This document shows, piece by piece, positions 57,201 through 64,000 of a DNA stretch of 64,000 nucleotides; the stretch's first letter is position 1; every line of letters begins with the position of its first letter. Made by a program: the position numbers and the translations under genes. Origin of the DNA: Leucoraja ocellata (taxonomy: Eukaryota); assembly GCA_036785375.1 (NCBI GenBank), contig JAWMAR010000423.1, positions 310,001 to 374,000 of the forward strand, read 5' to 3'. The notes under the pieces were generated by a model. It was not told where the DNA came from and did no database searches. It saw only the letters and a program-made list of their open reading frames with translations.

Positions 57201-59990
57201 TTGATAAAGTCCCTCATGGTAGGCTGATCCAGAAGTTTAAGATACAGAGGATCCACAGTGATTTGGTGGTTTACAATCGGAACTGGTTTACCTATAAAAG
57301 ACAGAAAAGCTTTCAGGCTTTTAGATAATCATCTGCTCAATGGGAAAGGGCAGATGGGAAACTGACCAGCGTGATAAAGGGTTCTTGATTATGTTGGCTG
57401 CTTTCCTGAAGCAGCATGAAATTATGTTTTCTCTGGTGCATCTAAAGAAGCTTATGCGGGTCATTGGAGATATGCCAAACGTTATATAAAAGCGTTGGTG
57501 TGCTTTCCCAGCCGCTGCTTCGATGTCTCCAATACAGATTGTTGGAGATATTTACGGCAAGGAACTTGAAGCTCTCACCCATTTCCACTTTGGCATCATT
57601 GATGCTGACTGGGGTTTGTACTCACTTTCTCTAGTTATTGAAGTCAATAACTGGCTCCTTCATCCTGCTGACATTGAGGGAGAGTTTGTTGTCTTGCCAC
57701 CATACCAAGCTCTCTATCTCCCTCCTGTAATCCGTCTCATCATTGTTCAAGATCCTGCCCACTATAGTGATATCAACTGCAAATCTGTAAATGAGCGTAG
57801 AGCAGAAATTAGCCCGACAGTCATGAGCGTATAGGGAGTATAATGGGGACTGAGGACGCTTCCTTGCAGGGTACTGGTGTTGAAAATGATCATGGAGGAG
57901 ATGGTGTCACCTATCCTTGATGATTGTGGACTATGGATCAGGAAGTCAAGGATTCAGTGGCCGAGGATGCGAGGGAGAGGTACTGACTCCTAGTTCCAGG
58001 AGTTTGGAGATGAGTTTGCATTGGGTTAGAGTTTTCAAGGCAGTAAGTAAGAGTATGATATAGGTATCCTTGTTATCTAGATATTTGCATGGTGAGTGTA
58101 GAACTAGCCATGGGCCTTTTGCAACGTTAGGCAAACTTTGCTTTTCCTTGGCACCGGGGTGATAGTGGTCTTCTTGGAACAGTTGTGAACCTCAGAACGC
58201 AGTAGGGAGAGGGTAAAGATGTCTGTAAATACTCCTGCTAGCTAGACCACACAGGTCCGGAGGTGGCGACTGGGATTCCATATGGACCACTTACTTTCTG
58301 TGGGTTCACCATCAGGGTGGCTGATCTGACATCTGCAACAGTGTCCATGGGTATAGACGCACCCGAGGCTGTCGGGCAGATGATGCCATTGTACCAACCT
58401 TCTGTTCAAACTGAACAATGAATGCACTGAGCATAGAATGTAAGAGAGAGGTTAGCAAGACCCAAACAGCATTGCCATACAGAGGAACATGGGTGTCTAA
58501 GTAGGTACAAGTAGGTAGAGCGGTATGCTTGTCTTCCTCCGTTGAGCCTTGAGTATAAAAATCAGAAACTCATTCCCAGTGTGCTATGTATGGTCCCTGT
58601 ATACCCAGTGCCACGTACGGTCACTAATGAATTGAATACTTCATGATCACATGTGACAAGTCACAGTGAAATTCTTTGCTTGCATTCCCAAGATGCAAAT
58701 AGTCACCACATAAAGGGCGCTTAAAAAGTTACGAATTCCCTCCACGCGCCAGGTTCCCCTTTGTTCTTCCCCCCTCATTCATGGCGATCCTCCCACACCG
58801 AGTCCGCCATTGTTGATTGTTCTCCCCCTCATTCACGGCAGTCCCCCCACACTGCGTCCTCCTTTGTTCTTTCCCTCGGGGGCAGCGGCGTCCTCACTTC
58901 CACGTGTCCGTCCTCGTCCATCGGTAGGTGCCATCATTGACCGCCGCACCGACTCTCCACTAACTGCCGGGTCCTCTCCGGACGCCTCCGTGACACTGAC
59001 CCAGGTCCAAGCCACGGGCTCCACAGACCCAGGCACCGATGGCCGCGGGATTAGTCGACCCGCGAGGTTCTATCTCCGACCCATGAGGCCCGGACCACGT
59101 GGCTCCGGGCTTGACTTCTCAGCATCACTTCCGGTAGGCAGAGTTTCCTGTGTTCCCAGTGTCGCAGAAGGTCATTGTGTACACGATTTTTTTCGGTCGC
59201 TGCGTTCCCTGGGCTGTGCACGGTCACTGTGTACCCAGTGCCATTTACGCTCACTGTGCTGCCAGCGACACACACTGTCACCGTGCTGTTTACGATCATT
59301 GTGTTCCCAGTGCCGTTTTAATCACTATTTCCAGTGCCGTGTTGTCCCAGTGGTGTTTGCACACTGCGTTCCCTGTACCAGATAAGGTCACTGTGCTACT
59401 AGTGCCGCATCGTTTACTGTGTTACCAGTGTCACGTATAGTCACTGTGTTTCCATTGCTGATTACGTTCACTGGGTTCCCAAGTGCCACATGAGGTCACT
59501 GTGTTTTCAGTGCTGTGTACAGTCTCTGTATTCCCTGTGTGTTTACAATCTCTCTGCTCTCACTGCTGTGTACAATCACTGTGTTCCCAGTATTATTTAT
59601 GGTCACTATGTTTCCACTGCCATGTATGGTCCCTGTGGGCTGTTTTCAGTCGCTGTGTTACCAGTTGCCACTTATGGTCACTGTGTGCCCAGTAACGCGT
59701 ACAGGTTCTCTGTTCCAAGTGCCGCGCACGGCCCCTCTGTTCCCAGTGCTGTTTCGGTCACTGTGTTCCTGGTGTCACACACGATCACTGTGTTCCCCGA
59801 GTGCTTATATTGACTGTGTTCCCAGTGCCGCGTACACGATGACCATGGAGTGTGTACTCTGATACTGTAACCACCTCTGTTCTGTTTGTTCTCTCCCTCC
59901 TGCAGGAGAAGGTGTTTGCTCCTCCACTGCCTACCCTGACCCCGGATGGACAACCTATCCCCAAGGAACCGTACATTGTGGGAGCCACAG
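125..59990 (+). CDS. MICAL3: MICAL3-like F-actin monooxygenase, internal part of a spliced gene (end of monooxygenase domain, CH domain, repeat-exon array, LIM domain); 5' end lies outside the window and the long C-terminus probably does too
   Basis: Manually spliced AG/GT exons join in one frame. Peptides match recalled MICAL3 motifs: [80 protein letters not shown]. Family assignment is firm; ortholog versus paralog is not resolved. Confidence 0.9.
298..1430. mobile_element. Penelope-like element (PLE) 3' ends arranged as a large inverted repeat: GIY-YIG endonuclease fragment plus terminal repeat on each strand
   Basis: ORFs 528..887(-) and 817..1158(+) both encode IYCIxCS..L(Y/F)IxxTxRRLGDxFxExLxSV..PVAQH(F/I)NS, typical of PLE GIY-YIG; 298-830 mirrors 830-1430. 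Confidence 0.85.
1106..1158 (-). mobile_element. Very short 5'-truncated LINE 3' end (RTE-like, AAG-rich tail) inserted in the PLE
   Basis: Reverse complement reads tcaatggcctatgctcccctagaggagcaaaggacttaagaagaaaaagaagaa; caaattggag is repeated at 1092-1101 and 1159-1168; sequence absent from the mirror PLE arm. Confidence 0.55.
4659..4752 (+). CDS. MICAL3: Exon: MO-CH linker [31 protein letters not shown]
   Basis: ttttggcag acceptor, gtgagt donor, 94 nt, phase 0 to 1 bridging the flanking exons; start resembles recalled MICAL3 VRHLYDTG. Confidence 0.85.
6827..6974 (+). CDS. MICAL3: Exon: CH domain N-half [50 protein letters not shown]
   Basis: tttacag acceptor, gtgagt donor, 148 nt, phase 1 to 2; type-2 CH signature. 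Confidence 0.97.
8162..8355 (+). CDS. MICAL3: Exon: CH domain C-half [64 protein letters not shown]
   Basis: cctgcag acceptor, gtgagc donor, 194 nt, phase 2 to 1; overlaps ORF 8190..8387. Confidence 0.97.
8410..8670 (-). mobile_element. CR1/HER1-like LINE 3' end fragment
   Basis: Reverse complement similar to the 3' part of the LINE at 38340-38580. Confidence 0.65.
10502..10608 (+). CDS. MICAL3: Exon: post-CH linker [36 protein letters not shown]
   Basis: cccctacag acceptor, gtaagc donor, 107 nt, phase 1 to 0; matches recalled MICAL3 TRSPISFLSKLGQTISRKRSPK. Confidence 0.92.
10935..11436 (+). mobile_element. Penelope-like element 3' fragment (GIY-YIG end plus terminal repeat with hammerhead-like core at 11308-11335)
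   Basis: ORF 10920..11192 [28 protein letters not shown]; CTGAAGA-ggggtttcggccc-GAAACGTT. Confidence 0.85.
11690..12190. repeat. Degenerate minisatellite (cccacttcacactgtgttcac-like units)
   Basis: Recurring cacactgtgttcac and cccacttc motifs. Confidence 0.6.
12538..12582 (+). CDS. MICAL3: Array mini-exon 1 (45 nt) [15 protein letters not shown], divergent A-type flanks
   Basis: gttttag|GCT..CAT|gtgagt, phase 0/0, open frame. Confidence 0.75.
12615..12850. repeat. 33-bp minisatellite gtacagtgacccctgaccccactcaccctgtga; related blocks near 22090, 24140, 26530, 28790 and 32100
   Basis: Direct tandem units; produce the spurious 11-aa repeat ORFs ([11 protein letters not shown]). Confidence 0.9.
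13332..13376 (+). CDS. MICAL3: Array mini-exon 2 (45 nt) [16 protein letters not shown]-type
   Basis: ttttag|GAT..CAA|gtgagt, phase 0/0. Confidence 0.78.
13392..13692 (-). mobile_element. tRNA-derived SINE (HE1/V-SINE-like)
   Basis: (gttta)n tail at left, V-domain-like core (ggaggaaaccggagcacccgggg), B-box-like gggttcgatcc on the minus strand; similar to 54627-54923. Confidence 0.8.
14007..14051 (+). CDS. MICAL3: Array mini-exon 3 (45 nt) [15 protein letters not shown], divergent
   Basis: ttttag|GGA..TCA|gtgagt, phase 0/0. Confidence 0.68.
15400..17000 (-). mobile_element. Degenerate Penelope-like RT/GIY-YIG relic
   Basis: Minus-strand ORF fragments [16 protein letters not shown] (PLE RT motif), [12 protein letters not shown] and [18 protein letters not shown]. 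Confidence 0.7.
17493..17534 (+). CDS. MICAL3: Array mini-exon 4 (42 nt) [14 protein letters not shown], divergent B-like
   Basis: tgtgttttag|GCC..CGA|gtgagt, phase 0/0. Confidence 0.68.
18128..18172 (+). CDS. MICAL3: Array mini-exon 5 (45 nt) [16 protein letters not shown]-type
   Basis: gttttag|GAA..CAA|gtgagt, phase 0/0. Confidence 0.78.
18887..18931 (+). CDS. MICAL3: Array mini-exon 6 (45 nt) [16 protein letters not shown]-type
   Basis: ttttag|GCT..CAA|gtgagt. Confidence 0.78.
19210..19530 (+). mobile_element. PLE GIY-YIG relic co-duplicated with array units (paralogous copies at about 20865-21180, 33190-33460, 35012-35310)
   Basis: Frameshifted [49 protein letters not shown]. Confidence 0.75.
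19809..20199. mobile_element. MITE with ~33-bp terminal inverted repeats and an imperfect 8-bp TSD (hAT-like)
   Basis: cagagatcctatagcgaacaagatagatcactc ... gagtgatctatcttcctccgctataggatttttg; flanks ctgtggat / ccttggat; empty site aaccttgccttggat in sister units (about 22505 and 24447). Confidence 0.8.
20397..20441 (+). CDS. MICAL3: Array mini-exon 7 (45 nt) [16 protein letters not shown]-type
   Basis: ttttag|GAT..CAA|gtgagt. Confidence 0.78.
21646..21693 (+). CDS. MICAL3: Array mini-exon 8 (48 nt) [17 protein letters not shown]-type
   Basis: ttttag|GAT..CAA|gtgagt; one extra codon, in frame. Confidence 0.78.
22001..22045 (+). CDS. MICAL3: Array mini-exon 9 (45 nt) [16 protein letters not shown]-type
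   Basis: ttttag|GAT..CCT|gtgagt. Confidence 0.76.
22583..22630 (+). CDS. MICAL3: Array mini-exon 10 (48 nt) [17 protein letters not shown]-type
   Basis: ttttag|GAT..CAA|gtgagt; differs from exon 8 only by synonymous TAT/TAC. Confidence 0.78.
22760..23785. mobile_element. Composite CR1-like LINE fragments co-duplicated in array units (paralogous copies at about 24700-26150 and 29440-30570)
   Basis: ORF 23363..23692(-) [29 protein letters not shown] is typical CR1 ORF2; near-identical copies in sister units. Confidence 0.75.
24066..24110 (+). CDS. MICAL3: Array mini-exon 11 (45 nt) [16 protein letters not shown]-type, non-canonical GC donor
   Basis: ttttag|GAT..CAT|gcgagt. Confidence 0.5.
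24525..24569 (+). CDS. MICAL3: Array mini-exon 12 (45 nt) [16 protein letters not shown]-type
   Basis: ttttag|GAT..CAA|gtgagt. Confidence 0.78.
25386..25737. mobile_element. hAT (Charlie-like) non-autonomous element
   Basis: TIRs ctggggtggggaacct / aggtccccacccctg; perfect 8-bp TSD ctccaaac (25378-25385 and 25738-25745); empty sites in sister units near 23480 and 30025. Confidence 0.9.
26458..26502 (+). CDS. MICAL3: Array mini-exon 13 (45 nt) [16 protein letters not shown]-type
   Basis: ttttag|GAT..CGT|gtgagt. Confidence 0.76.
26800..27590 (+). mobile_element. Degenerate CR1-like LINE 3' fragment
   Basis: Similar to 37900-38580 (actagagggcatagctttaag..agggtggtcagtgcctggaac). Confidence 0.7.
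27996..28040 (+). CDS. MICAL3: Array mini-exon 14 (45 nt) [16 protein letters not shown]-type
   Basis: ttttag|GAT..CAA|gtgagt. Confidence 0.78.
28713..28758 (+). pseudogene. Decayed A-type mini-exon (pseudoexon)
   Basis: Acceptor reads ttctgg instead of ttttag and the exon body is 46 nt (extra T before gtgagt). Confidence 0.75.
29256..29300 (+). CDS. MICAL3: Array mini-exon 15 (45 nt) [16 protein letters not shown]-type
   Basis: ttttag|GAT..CAA|gtgagt. Confidence 0.78.
30922..30966 (+). CDS. MICAL3: Array mini-exon 16 (45 nt) [16 protein letters not shown]-type
   Basis: ttttag|GAT..CGT|gtgagt. Confidence 0.76.
31464..31508 (+). CDS. MICAL3: Array mini-exon 17 (45 nt) [16 protein letters not shown]-type
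   Basis: ttttag|GAT..CAA|gtgagt. Confidence 0.78.
31950..31994 (+). CDS. MICAL3: Array mini-exon 18 (45 nt) [16 protein letters not shown]-type
   Basis: ttttag|GAT..CAA|gtgagt. Confidence 0.78.
32524..32568 (+). CDS. MICAL3: Array mini-exon 19 (45 nt) [16 protein letters not shown]-type
   Basis: ttttag|GAT..CAA|gtgagt. Confidence 0.78.
32808..33016. mobile_element. Short palindromic PLE-terminal-repeat element with hammerhead-like core (similar copies at about 34678-34855, 39940-40085, 60768-61000, 62010-62205)
   Basis: gacacaaagtgctggagtaactcagc..CTGATGA-agggtctcaacac-GAAACGTC..gctgagttactc..tgtctatc; the two arms are inverted repeats. Confidence 0.75.
33664..33708 (+). CDS. MICAL3: Array mini-exon 20 (45 nt) [16 protein letters not shown]-type
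   Basis: gttctag|GAG..CAA|gtgagt. Confidence 0.78.
34366..34410 (+). CDS. MICAL3: Array mini-exon 21 (45 nt) [16 protein letters not shown]-type
   Basis: gttctag|GAG..CAA|gtgagt; 702 bp from exon 20 in a near-identical unit. Confidence 0.78.
35630..35674 (+). CDS. MICAL3: Array mini-exon 22 (45 nt) [16 protein letters not shown]-type
   Basis: ttttag|GAA..CAA|gtgagt. Confidence 0.78.
37580..38580 (+). mobile_element. CR1/HER1-like LINE, internally deleted (endonuclease remnant, ORF2 C-terminus and 3' UTR)
   Basis: ORF 37957..38394 [54 protein letters not shown]. Confidence 0.9.
40090..40560 (-). mobile_element. CR1-like LINE fragment
   Basis: ORF 40265..40474(-) [31 protein letters not shown]. 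Confidence 0.75.
40857..40964 (+). CDS. MICAL3: Exon [36 protein letters not shown]
   Basis: ctctttag acceptor, gtagag donor, 108 nt, phase 0/0; aligns with recalled MICAL3 NKVKYMATQLLAKFEEN..GIRRQ. Confidence 0.85.
42440..44560. mobile_element. Cluster of degenerate CR1-like LINE fragments on both strands
   Basis: Repeated CR1 ORF2 and 3' UTR motifs (ctggagtattgtgt, actagaaggcat, agagggtggtaggtatatggaa). Confidence 0.7.
46582..46665 (+). CDS. MICAL3: Probable cassette exon [28 protein letters not shown]
   Basis: Pyrimidine-rich tract plus cacag acceptor, gtaaac donor, 84 nt, phase 0/0; ends like a recalled MICAL3 alternative exon (..PRWKQ). Confidence 0.7.
47968..48054 (+). CDS. MICAL3: Probable cassette exon [29 protein letters not shown]
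   Basis: ttcttcag acceptor, gtatgg donor, 87 nt, phase 0/0, proline-rich. Confidence 0.55.
50631..50761 (+). mobile_element. Solo PLE terminal repeat beginning at a hammerhead-like core, with a 12-bp flanking duplication
   Basis: CTGATGA-agggttttggccc-GAAACGTT; attatgttagtc at 50623-50634 and 50762-50773. Confidence 0.8.
51385..51492 (+). CDS. MICAL3: Exon [36 protein letters not shown]
   Basis: gattag acceptor after a long pyrimidine tract, gtaagc donor, 108 nt, phase 0/0; aligns with recalled MICAL3 alternative exon KYIKMYTGGVSSLAEQIANQLQ..LDKKEL. Confidence 0.8.
51600..52110 (+). repeat. G/T-rich low-complexity intronic tract
   Basis: Many G3-G14 runs interspersed with T. Confidence 0.7.
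53449..53840 (-). mobile_element. PLE 3' end / terminal repeat
   Basis: Same family and orientation as 298-575. Confidence 0.75.
54009..54198 (+). CDS. MICAL3: Exon: LIM domain [63 protein letters not shown]
   Basis: ctttgcag acceptor, gtaaga donor, 190 nt, phase 0 to 1; CxxC..HxxC..CxxC LIM ligands. Confidence 0.97.
54627..54923 (+). mobile_element. tRNA-derived SINE (HE1/V-SINE-like)
   Basis: A/B-box-like head (tggcgctgcggtag..gggttcgatcc), V-domain-like core, (ctaaa)n tail. Confidence 0.8.
55531..55613 (+). CDS. MICAL3: Exon: LIM end [28 protein letters not shown]
   Basis: ttttccag acceptor, gtacca donor, 83 nt, phase 1 to 0; GKFYCKPH completes the LIM domain. Confidence 0.95.
55838..57130 (-). 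mobile_element. Rex1/Babar-like LINE RT fragment inserted into a + strand CR1 fragment (55680-55837 and 57135-57310)
   Basis: ORFs [51 protein letters not shown] and [19 protein letters not shown]; (taaac)n tail at the left end. Confidence 0.85.
57320..58440 (-). mobile_element. Older degenerate Rex1-like LINE fragment
   Basis: Parallel, diverged copy of motifs in 56350-57000. Confidence 0.65.
58573..59870. repeat. Degenerate minisatellite (gtcactgtgttcccagtgcc-like) interrupted at about 58626-59146 by unrelated, probably retroposed sequence
   Basis: Same motif on both sides of a GC-rich insert. Confidence 0.6.
59906..59990 (+). CDS. MICAL3: Post-LIM exon [28 protein letters not shown](G)
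   Basis: ctccctcctgcag acceptor, gtagtt donor, 85 nt, phase 0 to 1; the frame also reads through the donor to TGA ending at 60187. Confidence 0.78.
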
Positions 59991-60454
59991 GTAGTTGTTG
60001 TGCCCTTCTTGACGGCGAGTGGCTGCCCTTCCCTCTGAGGAGTGGGTTTGCTCGTCTATACGACGGAATGAACCGATGGATATCCGACACAGCTGATGCA
60101 GAACTAGGAAAGGAAGTTATCTCGCCGCCCCGTCCTCGTCCACACATGCGCACCCCTCGACAGTTCAAAGTGAAAGCACTCTGGTGATCTGCCATTTCCA
60201 TAACTCAAGAGCCTGGTGAATCTCCACCCATCCCTCCTTGCCTCACCACCGCCTGGGCTTCCTCGACTGCCCAAGTGACCTAGCTCACTGAGTGCTGAGT
60301 CTCCACACCTCTTCCAATATCCCGCCCGTTCTGATGGAAACACCCTCACCAAATCCAGTCTATGCAAAGTGCAGGCACAGAAGATGGAATGCTAGTCCCC
60401 TGGCTGATTAGTGGTGGCCAACCATTCTAAGACTACTACAGACACTGCTACTCC

Positions 60455-60460
60455 AATAAA
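60455..60460 (+). promoter_or_regulatory. Candidate intronic polyadenylation signal AATAAA
   Basis: About 270 nt after the read-through stop and followed by a GT-rich stretch. Confidence 0.4.
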
Positions 60461-62399
60461 TCTCCTGTTAACAGTTTGGGTCTGGCTGACATGTTTAAGG
60501 GTTACACAGAATCTAAATAATTAATGTCACTTGCAGTGTTGTAACCGTACCACGTGGGATACAGTAACCTGGATTCACCAGCAGATCCAGTGACAGCAGG
60601 TCCAGGGGTAGGCAGATATATGGTGACCCAATGACAACCAGGGATCCAGAGATATAAGGGCCAATGGGGTTCTGGTGATGCCTGAGGATCCAGTGACCAA
60701 GGGACAGCTGGGTTTCCAATGATCCAGTGACAGCCAGGGATCAGGGGATCCAGTGACAGCTCCTGAAAGACACAAAATGCTGGAGTAACTTAGTGGGCCA
60801 GGCAGCATCTCTGGAGAAAAGGAATAGGTGACATTTCGAGTTAAGACTCTTCTTCAGACCCTCCTCACCTACGCACAGATCTCAACCAGAAATGTCACGT
60901 ATTCCCTTTTCTCCAGAGATGCTGCCTGGCCCACTGAGTTACTCCAGCATTTTGTGTCTATCTTCAGTGTAAACCAGCATCTGCATTTCCTTCCTACACA
61001 GCGACAGCTCGGGGTTGGGTTGCAGGTGGGGATTCAGTGATCCAGGGGCAAATAGTGACGTGGAAAACAGCAAGGGATCCCGTGATAGACGTGGATTAAG
61101 TGGCCAGGGGACTGACTGTGTAATATGGGACTAACCATGTAACACGTGACTGACGAGAACCCTGTAACACAGACCTGACCGCGTAATACGAGACTGAGGG
61201 GAGTTCTATAACAAGGAACTGATGGGGACCATGTAATGTGGACCTGACCATGTAATAAGTGACTGACAGGGATCATGTAACATGGGACTGACGTGTATCT
61301 TGTAACACGAGACTGACAGGGATCATGTAACATGGAACAGACAAGAATCATGTAACACGGAGACTGATGAGGAACTAGTGACCAAGATTAAGATTGTGGA
61401 TTCAGTCACTCAGAGTCTGATATGGATAGAAAACCTGGGGTACGGAGAGGTTCCTGGTGCCAGTGAAACAGTGTATGCCCCAAATACTCAGCAGGTCAGG
61501 CGGCATCTGTGGAGACATCAAACTTAATGTCTCACATTGATCACCGTTAATCAAATCTGGAGATTTCTCTCCGCTGTTGCTGCCTGACCTGCTGGGCTCC
61601 CTCAGTCTCCATCCTGTAATGCATGGGGAACCAGTAATCGCTGTGAAGACAAAGAGAACTGTGGGGATCGGGTGTATCAGGGGCTGAAGGGGATCGAGTA
61701 AAACAGCGTGCAGGAGGACGAGTGTATCATAAAGCCCTTCAACCTGTCCCTCCATTGGGTAAGAACATGTCAGTCTGATCCTGGCCCAGCCACACTTCCC
61801 ATTGTCGATGACTCCCTAATGCGCCAGGGCTCATCTGCACCTCAAATATATACAGCAATAACGGACACTACCCCCCTCCATCATGGCCCATTATAATGAG
61901 GGTTATCTGCACTTCATGCTTTGTAGGGTAGGATTGCAAAGGTTTATAATCAGTCCTCATCTCAGTCTAATGTAATGCAAGAGACTGCAGATGGGATCTG
62001 GGGCAAAATGCAAAATGCTGGAGGAGCTCAGCGGGTCAGGCAGCATCTGTGTAAGGAATGGGATCAGACTTCTTCAGTCTGGAGGACCTCAGAGAAACAC
62101 CATATTGCACTCTACATGCCTCCGTCCTTCAGTCTGAAGAACATCATCATTCCATTCCTCACCACAGATGCTGCCTGACCTGCTGAGTTCCTCCAGCAGT
62201 TTGCTTTTTGCTTAAGTGGAGGTCCCTTTAGCATGGGATCATACACCCTGGCTCTGGCTGTCCCTGCCAGAGGAAGCATCAACACCTCCCCTGTCACCCC
62301 ACCGCGCTCCTGAAGCCACAGCCAAAGACACCACAGATGTTGGAAATATGAAATCAAAACAGGAGAAAAAAATCTGAGATACTCAGCAGACCAAGCGGA

Positions 62400-63340
62400 A
62401 TCTGTGGAGGGAGAAACAGAGTTGGCATTTCAAATTAGAACTAGAAGTGAGAAATTAAATTTGTTTTAAGTTGCAGAGAAGATGAATTGGGGAGGGGGGG
62501 GGGGGATGGGGGTTTCAGGCAGAACAGATACCAATGTCCATGACACAGTGAAGAGGCAGAGAAGCAGAATGACATAAATGGGGGGTGGTGCAGCTGAGAG
62601 AGGGAGGGAAGGTCTGTCTGAGGAGGAGACAGTGGATGAAATCTGAAATACCCGTAAAGGAGAGAGAGACCGATGGAAATGTGAAGAGCCAGGGTAGAAT
62701 GGGAGTTCATCTGAAGTGGTTGATGTTAAGCCCTGAAGGTTATAATGTGCCACGTGGGAGAGAGTTCAGTGGGGGAGTGGACTAGTGAGTTAACGTGTCG
62801 GGTAACATCCTCCTCATGACTAAAGAGCCAGCACCCAATCTGGCCGTGAATACTTAACGTAGCACATAGATTGCATGAGGTGGAAGTGAATCGTTGCTTC
62901 ACATGGAAGGATGTCATGGGTCCCTGGGTGGTGGTGGGAAGTGAAGAGGTGAAAGGACAAGCATTATTTCTCTGCAGTTGCAAGAGAAAGTGTGGGAAGG
63001 GGGGGTGAGGGAGCGGTTTTGTGGAGAAGGAAATTGTGAAGGAAACAGTGCCTACAGAAATGTGATGGGGAAAAGGAAGATGTGACTGGTGGTCACATGA
63101 TAACTGGTGCCATGGAAGGAGAGGATAATGGGAACGCTCCACGTGTTCTGCGTAACTGGAGAGGGATTTGCGAGCAGCAGTGCAGGAAATGCTACAGGGA
63201 GTTGGTCAGCCATGGGGCAGAGGGAGCCATTGATGAGCCGAAAATACACCTCTCAGTAGCAGTGGCGTGGAAAGAGATGTCAGAGTAGATGGGGCAGAGA
63301 CAGAGAGATCAGGAGACTGGAATGCAACTTAAGACCTTCA
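62400..63340 (-). mobile_element. Degenerate Penelope-like relic
   Basis: ORF 62726..63142(-) ACPFTSSLPTTTQGPMTSFHVKQRFTSTSCNL resembles the PLE RT to GIY-YIG linker. Confidence 0.65.
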
Positions 63341-63387
63341 TTGCTAACTTCCAGTCCTGATGAAAGGTTGTTAACCTGAAACATTAA

Positions 63388-63769
63388 AGGGCCTGTCCCA
63401 CTTACACGACCTTTACAGGCAACTGCTGGCACCTGTCATAGGTCACCGACATTTTCAACATGTTGAAAATTCAGTGGCAACCAGAAAGACGCTACGACTC
63501 TTTGGAGACCTCTCATGATCATTGGAGACCTCTCACGACCATACATGCAACCCCTGGCGACATGTCGCAGGTGACCTCTCACGACCTTAGGAGACCTCTC
63601 TCGACCATACCTGTATGGTCATGAGAGGTCTCCTATGGTCGTGAGAGGTCTCCAAAGAGTCGTAGCATCATTTTGGTTGCCACTGAATTTTCAACATGTT
63701 GAAAATTACAGCGACCTATGACGGGTGCCGGCAGTCGCCTGTAAAGGTCGCGTAAGTGGGACAGGCCCT
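63388..63769. mobile_element. PIF/Harbinger (Tourist-like) MITE, long palindrome
   Basis: TIRs agggcctgtcccactta / taagtgggacaggccct; TAA TSD at 63385-63387 and 63770-63772; inverted arms over 100 bp. Confidence 0.9.
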
Positions 63770-64000
63770 TAACGGCCTCTTGCTTCACAGATGTTGCCTG
63801 AGGTGCTGAGTATTGTGCCAATATTTTCTTTTTCTGGGATCTTCTGTCTCAGTAAGATCACCTCTTGCTCTTCTAAACTCCAAAGCATGAGGGAAGAGCC
63901 TACTTAATCTTTATTTGTAACATACTTGGGATCAACAAAGTGCACCGTACGTTGTCTCCAAGGCAAACACTTCCTTTCATGAGTAAGAAGACAAAGACAG

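Noticed and set aside
58810-59385. 191-aa ORF
   Set aside because: Spans a repeat insertion and a Cys-rich minisatellite translation; no domain and no splice context.
62271-62378. Candidate next MICAL3 exon after 59990
   Set aside because: No match to the recalled AKRLRGTPERIELENY-type motif, no good donor, and it runs into repeat sequence and a stop.

Overview
Vertebrate genomic DNA; the repeat content (HE1/V-SINE-like SINEs, CR1/HER1-like and Rex1-like LINEs, Penelope elements) suggests a cartilaginous fish such as a skate (inference). The window lies inside one + strand multi-exon gene, a MICAL3-like F-actin monooxygenase. It contains the end of the monooxygenase domain (125-251), a linker, the calponin-homology domain (6827-6974, 8162-8355), further linker/cassette exons, the LIM domain (54009-54198, 55531-55613) and a post-LIM exon (59906-59990). 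Splice phases join consistently. The main finding lies between the CH and LIM domains (12.5-35.7 kb): a tandem array of 22 intact phase-0 mini-exons (19 of 45 nt, one of 42 nt, two of 48 nt), each with a (T)4AG or TTCTAG acceptor, a GTGAGT donor (one GCGAGT) and no stop codon, plus one decayed copy. Most fall into two peptide families ([15 protein letters not shown] and [15 protein letters not shown]) that partly alternate, and none of the exons is called as such in the ORF track. Together they could add up to 331 aa of repeat, or supply combinatorial splice diversity. The introns are full of TE fragments, hammerhead-like Penelope terminal repeats, hAT and Harbinger MITEs with target-site duplications, and minisatellites. 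Comparisons with human MICAL proteins are from memory, not from a database search.
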